Shown here in pieces: positions 7,682 through 14,127 of a stretch of DNA of 52,545 nucleotides. The DNA comes from a virus. Taxonomy: Duplodnaviria; Caudoviricetes. Each line of letters begins with the position of its first letter. Position 1 is the first letter of the stretch. A model generated the notes under the pieces. The model was not told the DNA's origin, ran no database searches, and worked only from the letters and a program-made list of their open reading frames with translations. Made by a program: the position numbers and the translations under genes. The stretch lies in IMG/VR virus record IMGVR_UViG_3300005825_000043, positions 1 to 52,545 of that record. One strand, 5' to 3'.

Positions 7682-7882
7682 ATGCAGGCATACGATATCT
7701 ACAACCAGGACGGGCGTACGGCGATCGCGCGGGGCATCGGGATCGATCGGGCGGCGGCGATCGCCGGGATCGATCCGGAGGACATCGGATGGGCCATCGA
7801 CGAGGCCGGACGATGCGATACCGATACGCATACGATCGTGGAGGCGGGGGATCCCGCCCCCGGCCCGATGCCGGCCCCGTAG
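7682..7882 (+). CDS. Small early protein, YDIYNQDG family (paralog 3)
   Basis: AGGAG RBS; MQAYDIYNQDG...DPEDIGWAIDEAGRCD...VEAGDPAPG. Confidence 0.85.
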   Translation: MQAYDIYNQDGRTAIARGIGIDRAAAIAGIDPEDIGWAIDEAGRCDTDTHTIVEAGDPAPGPMPAP

Positions 7883-8036
7883 GCATCCGGGGCGCGCGGG
7901 GGGGCCATCCCGGCCCCCCGCCATCCGGATGGTGTTTTCGCGTTTTCGCGTTTTCGCGTTTTGCATTTTCGATCACAGTTGTAGACACGAAAACACATAC
8001 AATTCCGGGACGCGCTGGGCGCGTCCCGATGCCGTC

Positions 8037-8318
8037 CTAGATCGCGCCCAGCGCGATGCGATCCAATATCGGGACCACATCCCAATGGGTATCCGGATGC
8101 GCGTGCACTCCGTCGCCCGATACCACCAGAGACGGCGATCCATGCCGGGTATCGTACGGATGCCACAACTGCCAGTGTTCGTCCGACCACCCGGCACACG
8201 CTAGGATCAGCGTGGGCGCATGTCCCCATATCGCCTCCGCCGCCATAGCTGCCCGGCGTGCGGTGCGCGCCATCTGGTCCGTATCGGGGGTGTCGATGGT
8301 CTGGATCGTATTCGTCAT
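8037..8318 (-). CDS. Small early hypothetical protein (93 aa)
   Basis: Shared GATCGAGAGCAGGAGA leader and promoter on minus strand; MTNTIQTIDTPDT... Confidence 0.8.
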   Translation of the reverse strand: MTNTIQTIDTPDTDQMARTARRAAMAAEAIWGHAPTLILACAGWSDEHWQLWHPYDTRHGSPSLVVSGDGVHAHPDTHWDVVPILDRIALGAI

Positions 8319-8349
8319 GTCCGTGTCTCCTGCTCTCGATCTATGCTCC

Positions 8350-8455
8350 ATTGTACCACGGCAGACCGCCCGTGTCAAGCCCGGAAGCCATGCACGGGAT
8401 GCATATCGCCATGCGTTCGACGCATATTGACGCGGGCGATCCGGCATGGTATAAT
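8350..8455. promoter_or_regulatory. Divergent promoter pair (cassette 7; both arms drive ORFs)
   Basis: Minus TTGACA-N17-TACAAT; plus TTGACG-N17-TATAAT. Confidence 0.85.
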
Positions 8456-8500
8456 CGGGGATAGATCGGGGATGGCCCGATCCGATCAGGAGATACCGAC

Positions 8501-8740
8501 ATGCAGACCGCTCCCAACACAACCGTCGCGCGCATCCGGGCCCTAAACGCGGAAGTTGCAGACCGGGCGCTATATATATCCCAGGCGGATAACGGCACGT
8601 GGGGCGTGTGCGACCGCTCCCAGCGCAACTCGGACGGGTATGTGATCCCGCGCCGCATCCGGGGCGCATCCGGATACCCGACGCTCCGGGAGGCCGGGGA
8701 GGCCGCCCGCACGCTATACGCCGCCCGCGCCCCCCGGTAG
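8501..8740 (+). CDS. Small basic early hypothetical protein
   Basis: AGGAGA RBS and promoter. Confidence 0.8.
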   Translation: MQTAPNTTVARIRALNAEVADRALYISQADNGTWGVCDRSQRNSDGYVIPRRIRGASGYPTLREAGEAARTLYAARAPR

Positions 8741-8826
8741 GGGGCGCATGCCGCCCGCGCGCGGGGATGGCCTCCCCGCGCCGGGACGGGCGCATGGCGG
8801 GTGCTGGGCGCGCCCCCCGCCAGAGG

Positions 8827-8924
8827 GCGCAAGCAAGATGCAAATGCAAGAGCACAAGCAAGATGCAAATGCAAGAGCGCAAGCAAGATGCAAGAGCGCA
8901 AGCAAGATGCAAATGCAAGAGCAC
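8827..8924 (+). repeat. Tandem GCAAG/GCAAAT-rich repeat (GCGCAAGCAAGATGCAAATGCAAGA x~4)
   Basis: Seen directly, just upstream of promoter 8938-8966. Confidence 0.85.
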
Positions 8925-8937
8925 ATGGCCCATGGAC

Positions 8938-8966
8938 TTGACAAGGCAAGCGTGCTATGGTACAAT
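8938..8966 (+). promoter_or_regulatory. Sigma70-type promoter
   Basis: TTGACA-N17-TACAAT with TGG before -10. Confidence 0.85.
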
Positions 8967-8997
8967 GGGGCATAGATCGAGAGCAGGAGACACCGAA

Positions 8998-9258
8998 ATG
9001 CAGAACACGGACCACGCCAACAACGTAGCAACCATCGTCCTCGGAATTGTAGTCGCCATCGCACTGGTCGTGGCGGGTGGCTTTCTTGGGGCGCTGATCA
9101 GCAAAGGCGATCCCGATACGAAATGGGAATTCGGGATCGAATACGAAGGGACTGCGGCGATCCTCGATTACGACCTGTCGTGGGAAGACTGCGTCGCCCT
9201 CTGGGCCGGTTCCGACGATGGTGTGTTCTGCCGGGTCGCACAGTTCGAGGTGGAATAG
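8998..9258 (+). CDS. Small single-pass membrane protein
   Basis: Shared leader; hydrophobic IVLGIVVAIALVVAGGFLGALI. Confidence 0.8.
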   Translation: MQNTDHANNVATIVLGIVVAIALVVAGGFLGALISKGDPDTKWEFGIEYEGTAAILDYDLSWEDCVALWAGSDDGVFCRVAQFEVE

Positions 9259-9302
9259 AGCATCGGGGGGCGCATTGTGCCCCCCTACTCTGCGGTCGAT
9301 AT

Positions 9303-9352
9303 GTGTAATTACACGCATCCGAAAACGTATATACCAATATGTGTAATTACAC
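9303..9352. repeat. Two GTGTAATTACAC palindromes (9303, 9341)
   Basis: Same motif as 4066-4215. Confidence 0.85.
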
Positions 9353-9447
9353 GCATTCGCTACTGCATTATTTAATACACCAAAGCATTATTCCAGCTAT
9401 ACTTATAGCAAATACAAATTCACTCCACCCGATGATGTCGAGGACAT

Positions 9448-9678
9448 TCATTCGGGTATCCCTTCATCAAGCGTTTTTGCAAGCATACGTATTAGTTGCA
9501 CTTTTTCATTTACCCCACGGGCCAAAGGGTCCTTGATTTTCTCCATACGATTGGCTATATCATATAGATATTTCTGCACGTCTATGATACCATTCAGTCT
9601 CCCTTCTTTTCGAGCTTCTTCGATCAGTTTGTGAAAGTTCGTCTTATCCTCAACTTTTTCGCGATTTGTTACTGGCAT
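9448..9678 (-). CDS. Hypothetical protein
   Basis: Last of four coupled leftward ORFs. Confidence 0.65.
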   Translation of the reverse strand: MPVTNREKVEDKTNFHKLIEEARKEGRLNGIIDVQKYLYDIANRMEKIKDPLARGVNEKVQLIRMLAKTLDEGIPE

Positions 9679-9918
9679 CTAAATGTCCCCTAATAATTGG
9701 TTAATGAGGATTTCGAAAGCTATACGAAGTGCTTTCTCCATATCTTTGTCAGTAAGACCGTATTCAGGATCACTGATATATGAGGCTTGAGCAGCAGAGA
9801 CTGCATTCTTCCATGCATTCTTCTTTCGGATTTCTTTGCGACGCCGTTGTTCTTCTTTTGTGGCTTCTGCAAGAATAGCTTCACGGATTATTTGTCTAGA
9901 GGACTCATGCATTTTCAT
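9679..9918 (-). CDS. Hypothetical protein
   Basis: Coupled ORF. Confidence 0.65.
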   Translation of the reverse strand: MKMHESSRQIIREAILAEATKEEQRRRKEIRKKNAWKNAVSAAQASYISDPEYGLTDKDMEKALRIAFEILINQLLGDI

Positions 9919-10259
9919 TTCCTCGCAGGCTTTATTTGTTTCAGTCGAGCTTTGATAGCTTGATCGAGGTTTAATAACATACCTTCATGCCATTGAAACA
10001 GTATTGTTTGATATGGAGAGGGTATGTTGGACCCCTTTTTTGCTTGTTGAACTTCAAACCGGGATAAATTGACGTGTGTCACTGTGCCCATGGAGTTTTC
10101 ATCATCGGCAAGTTCTCGCATAATATCAAGGGCACTCGCCAAGTCTGTTGTAGCGAAGGGATGAGAGGTTCTGACAACAGACTCATCAGTGTATTTATAG
10201 TACCAAGTGGTCTGTACTGCATATTGAGGCATATCTGTCAGTCCTTTTTCCTGGGCCAC
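9915..10259 (-). CDS. Hypothetical protein
   Basis: Coupled ORF; start may be the later ATG. Confidence 0.65.
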   Translation of the reverse strand: MAQEKGLTDMPQYAVQTTWYYKYTDESVVRTSHPFATTDLASALDIMRELADDENSMGTVTHVNLSRFEVQQAKKGSNIPSPYQTILFQWHEGMLLNLDQAIKARLKQIKPARK

Positions 10260-10690
10260 GGGAATTCTGAAGTAGGTAGATCACTTTCAGTGAAGTCATT
10301 GCTGCTGACAACAATTACTTCAGTAGGTCTATGTGCATAATGTGGCACTTTACCTTGCTCTTGTAGAGCTTGGGCGGCAGACAGTGAACTCTCGGAGATG
10401 ATCCATTCCTCGAAAAAACTGTCGCCGTACCATGGACGAAGGATTGGACCAAATTTGTCGAAACAATATTGTAGGACGACTTGAAATTTAGCATCACTGA
10501 TGATGAAGGTTTTAGCGAAATAGCCTTTTCCTTCGGTTGCGTCGAACCCGTGAGAAATCGAGTACACTTTCAGCAGCCTAAGGCGCTGGGCTAGTGTTCT
10601 TTTTGCCCGTTCATGAGATAGGCATTCAGCTTCAGTAGTAAATTCTTTACCATCATCAGCCACATACACGTTCTTGGTAACGGTCTTCAT
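10238..10690 (-). CDS. Hypothetical protein
   Basis: AGGAGA RBS; early-type promoter TTGTGT-N17-TACAAT at 10718-10746. Confidence 0.8.
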   Translation of the reverse strand: MKTVTKNVYVADDGKEFTTEAECLSHERAKRTLAQRLRLLKVYSISHGFDATEGKGYFAKTFIISDAKFQVVLQYCFDKFGPILRPWYGDSFFEEWIISESSLSAAQALQEQGKVPHYAHRPTEVIVVSSNDFTESDLPTSEFPWPRKKD

Positions 10691-10825
10691 TTATTTGTCT
10701 CCTGTATTCGATTGTTCATTGTACCACATCTGAGCCGCTGACACAATAGTACTTTATACCACATACGTGCGCGCGAGTGGAAACGGGACTTCCCACCGCC
10801 CTCCGCCTGTGCTATACTGCAGGGT

Positions 10826-11332
10826 ATGGAGCATGACTGGTTCATATTAAGGGTCCTATCAGGACAAGATGAAAGCGTTGAGGAAGCGCTGAGAACGCGT
10901 GGCTACAACGTTTATATGCCTTATTTGATTGAGTCACGACGTCATCGAAGACACAAGTGTTTGATAAATAGAGCAGTTCCATTATTTCCAGGGTATTTAT
11001 TTGTATCATTGAATGCACATGGGAACTGGAGAGACCTAAACAGCGTCCGTGGAGTGCTTGGGCCGATAAAATCACAAGGTGATCCTGCATTGATAGAAAG
11101 TGCAGAAATCGAGCAAATAATGGAAGCAGAAGCGCTAGGGCGTTTTGAAAATACAAGAACGGTCCGAATGGGCTTTAAAGTGGGCGACAAAGTATCCTTC
11201 GAGGCATTCGGGGCTGTAGTAACAGCATTCGTGAAGTCTTTCGTAGGAAAGAGTGGTTTCGAGGTATCTGGAGAAGCTGGAATGGGGCATTTCAGTGCTA
11301 CGAAATCATTCGATGAGTTAATTCCAGCATAG
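10826..11332 (+). CDS. NusG/RfaH-family transcription antitermination factor
   Basis: WFILRV.SGQD...L...G..VY.P...PLFPGYLFV...VRGV NGN domain; FKVGDKV KOW-like motif. Confidence 0.85.
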   Translation: MEHDWFILRVLSGQDESVEEALRTRGYNVYMPYLIESRRHRRHKCLINRAVPLFPGYLFVSLNAHGNWRDLNSVRGVLGPIKSQGDPALIESAEIEQIMEAEALGRFENTRTVRMGFKVGDKVSFEAFGAVVTAFVKSFVGKSGFEVSGEAGMGHFSATKSFDELIPA

Positions 11333-11429
11333 AACCTGTTCTGAGCGGGGGCGACAGCTTTCCGACGGGGTTCATGGCACAAGGAAGTATCCTTGAGTGC
11401 CACGCATGCTTGTATAGGAGTTTTCCGAT

Positions 11430-11930
11430 ATGTCAGAAAGCACTCAGGAGGCATTCGAAGAGCGTTTCGCTGCTCTCAGAATACCCGAAGAATATGTCGG
11501 ATATGATTTCAAGACATGTCTGACGGCTATCGACAACATCGGGCCATATTTCAAAGAGGATGTCATTGCGGCGATCTACCATTCGCGCGGACATCTCGGC
11601 GAGATGGCTTATTTGCTTAATAGAAACAGGGCGCGGGTTCGCGATTATGTTTTTGCCAACCGAGACGTCAAAGAAGTATTCGATAATATCCGAGAGACTT
11701 CTGTCGACTATATCGAAAGGTCCCACATGACTGCTGCATTGATGGGAGACGCACAAGCGGAGCGTTTCACATTGACCACGTTGGGCAAGGGGCGCGGTTA
11801 TACCACCCGAGTTGAGGCCACAGGCGAGGATGGTGGAGCTATTAGGTTTCAAGAGGTGGTCCGGAAAATTGTCGATCCTGTTGTACCTCCTTCGGATGAG
11901 GATAGTGCAGCCGATGAGGGCACCGATTAG
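11430..11930 (+). CDS. terS: Probable terminase small subunit
   Basis: Directly before terL; HTH-like segment and LGKGRGY..R.E.TG.DGG motif. Confidence 0.7.
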   Translation: MSESTQEAFEERFAALRIPEEYVGYDFKTCLTAIDNIGPYFKEDVIAAIYHSRGHLGEMAYLLNRNRARVRDYVFANRDVKEVFDNIRETSVDYIERSHMTAALMGDAQAERFTLTTLGKGRGYTTRVEATGEDGGAIRFQEVVRKIVDPVVPPSDEDSAADEGTD

Positions 11931-13201
11931 TGGCTGAGCAGGTACTTAGGCTCGAAATTGAGACTCCTAGAGTTTTCGTACCTGCACTGCAGCCGTCCAG
12001 ATATAAGGCCATCCATGGCGGCAGAGGCTCCGGGAAATCTCACTTTTTTGCTGAGAGGTTAGTTGAAAGAGTAGCATTTGAGGGTATTTCTGCAGTCTGT
12101 ATTCGTGAGTATCAGAAATCTCTTGACCAGTCAGTTAAGCGCCTATTGGAATTTAAGATCAGGGCGCTGGGCTTGCAGTCTTATTTTAAGATTTATGAAA
12201 ATAGGATCGAGTCAATAACTGGTGGTTTGATAATATTTCAGGGCATGCAGTCTCATAATGCTGAAACTATCAAGTCTCTGGAGGGGTTTGATGTAGCATG
12301 GGTGGAAGAGGCACAGAGCCTTTCCCAGCATTCTCTTAGTCTCCTTCGTCCTACTATTCGCAAGCCCAATTCTGAAATCTGGTTCTCTTGGAACCCGGAT
12401 AAAAAGAGCGATCCTGTCGATGCACTGTTCAGGGGTGGCACTCCCCCCATTGGTACTATTCTCATAGAAGTGAATTATTACGATAACCCATGGTTCCCGG
12501 ACGTACTCAGGGAAGAAATGGAATACGATAAGAAAAGGGACCATGCGAATTACCTTCATGTTTGGATGGGCAAGTACCACAGTGTCTCTGAGGCATTAGT
12601 ATTTAAGAATTGGAAGATACAAGAATTCGAGGCACCAGAGGGTGTAAGGCTTCTATTTGGTGGTGACTGGGGTTTCTCTAAAGATCCGTCTGTTCTTGTT
12701 CGCTCTTTCATCGAAGATAGGCAACTGTTTATAGATTATGAAGCGTACAAGATTGGATGTGAGATTGATTATCTGCCCGCATTATTTGCTGGGTCAGACA
12801 CCAAGAAGCCGAGGCGCTGGCAAAATCCATTCGGTTTTCCGGGTGTCCCCGGTGCCGCTGTTTGGCCAATAGTAGCGGACAGTGCTCGCCCTGAAACTAT
12901 TAAATACATGCGTATGCGCGGTTTCGATATAAGGAAGGCTATCAAGGGCGCTAGGTCCGTGGAAGAGGGTGTTGAATTTCTTCGTTCTTATGACATAATA
13001 GTCCACCCACGTTGCACGAACACTATTTATGAGTTGGAGAATTATTCTCACAAGATAGACAAGATGACGGAAGAGATCCTACCTACTCTTGAGGACAAGG
13101 ATAATCACGTCATTGATGCCCTGAGATACAGTGCCGAAGGTGTAAGAAGGGCTACGAGGCATCAACAGATGTCTGGACCAATAGTTATTGGCAGGAACTG
13201 A
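11930..13201 (+). CDS. terL: Terminase large subunit (PBSX family)
   Basis: GGRGSGKS Walker A, AWVEEA Walker B, DWGF and NHVIDALRY nuclease motifs. Confidence 0.95.
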   Translation: MAEQVLRLEIETPRVFVPALQPSRYKAIHGGRGSGKSHFFAERLVERVAFEGISAVCIREYQKSLDQSVKRLLEFKIRALGLQSYFKIYENRIESITGGLIIFQGMQSHNAETIKSLEGFDVAWVEEAQSLSQHSLSLLRPTIRKPNSEIWFSWNPDKKSDPVDALFRGGTPPIGTILIEVNYYDNPWFPDVLREEMEYDKKRDHANYLHVWMGKYHSVSEALVFKNWKIQEFEAPEGVRLLFGGDWGFSKDPSVLVRSFIEDRQLFIDYEAYKIGCEIDYLPALFAGSDTKKPRRWQNPFGFPGVPGAAVWPIVADSARPETIKYMRMRGFDIRKAIKGARSVEEGVEFLRSYDIIVHPRCTNTIYELENYSHKIDKMTEEILPTLEDKDNHVIDALRYSAEGVRRATRHQQMSGPIVIGRN

Positions 13202-13233
13202 TATCACACTAAACTCGGAGAAGGAATACAGTC

Positions 13234-13659
13234 ATGGCAACTTATACTAAATACGAGAGTTGGGCCGAATACCTTGCTGACAAGCAAATCGATGCATTCG
13301 GCACAACCGATACGTTCAAGGCTGCCATTCATTCGGATGCTCCCGTTGTTGCGACCGACGATGCGCTGGCCGACTTGACGCAGATCACAGGCACCGGCTA
13401 CACGGCTGGTGGTGAAGACATTCAAAACGATGCCACTCGCGCTGGCGGCACAGTGACAATGACCGCCGTTGACGTGGTGTGGACGGCATCGGCTGCGGAT
13501 TGGGTCGCTGGTCGTTATGTTTCGATTTATGACGATACACCGACAACGCCAGTCGCTGATCCGTTGATGTGTTCATTCGACTATGGCAGCAACTTCACGG
13601 TTGGAGATGGCGAGACTTTCACGCTTGATTTTGGCGCTAGTCTTAATACTCTGGCGTAA
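13234..13659 (+). CDS. Probable virion structural protein
   Basis: Beta-rich Thr/Ala/Gly composition (GYTAGG, VVWTAS, FTLDF) in late operon. Confidence 0.7.
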   Translation: MATYTKYESWAEYLADKQIDAFGTTDTFKAAIHSDAPVVATDDALADLTQITGTGYTAGGEDIQNDATRAGGTVTMTAVDVVWTASAADWVAGRYVSIYDDTPTTPVADPLMCSFDYGSNFTVGDGETFTLDFGASLNTLA

Positions 13660-13695
13660 TTCTCAACACTATGGTATAATCCACCAATATAAGGA

Positions 13696-14124
13696 TTGGC
13701 TGATATGAGTACCAGAATTCTCGCTTGTCACCGCATTCCGCTGTCGAAAATCATGCACAAGGATGAATTTCGGTCCAAGTACAAGTATATAGAGCAGCAG
13801 GAGCAAAACCAGAAGATCGCCTCGTGTTGCCGCCACCCCGAGAACGGTGAGATCGAGGCGTGGAAGTCAAGCGAGAAAGAGCAAGTGCCGGATATCTATG
13901 TCCTGCATTGTACCTGTGGCCGTAAGCACCAGAAGTTCTGTGTCGGTATTGAAGATAAGCGCCCGGTCTGGACTGCAGATGGCACGTTGATGTGCGTTAC
14001 AGTTTACGATTCTATTAAGCGGAAGGCATTGGAGGAAAGTGCAGCGAGGCTTGCCAACCTGACACCGGAGCAAAAAGCGAAGATGCAGCGCAAGCAGGTG
14101 CAAGGTGATAGAGGCGCTCAATAA
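13696..14124 (+). CDS. Hypothetical Cys/His-containing protein
   Basis: CCRH...HCTCGRKH..FC; TGGTATAAT box upstream at 13672-13680. Confidence 0.6.
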   Translation: MADMSTRILACHRIPLSKIMHKDEFRSKYKYIEQQEQNQKIASCCRHPENGEIEAWKSSEKEQVPDIYVLHCTCGRKHQKFCVGIEDKRPVWTADGTLMCVTVYDSIKRKALEESAARLANLTPEQKAKMQRKQVQGDRGAQ

Positions 14125-14127
14125 GTT

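Noticed and set aside
2907-9318. Long overlapping ORFs in the early region (e.g. 2907..3983, 6065..6622, 6701..7528, 6724..7683, 8341..9318)
   Set aside because: They translate repeats, promoters and antisense GC-rich DNA, lack RBSs, and conflict with shorter ORFs that have promoter plus RBS
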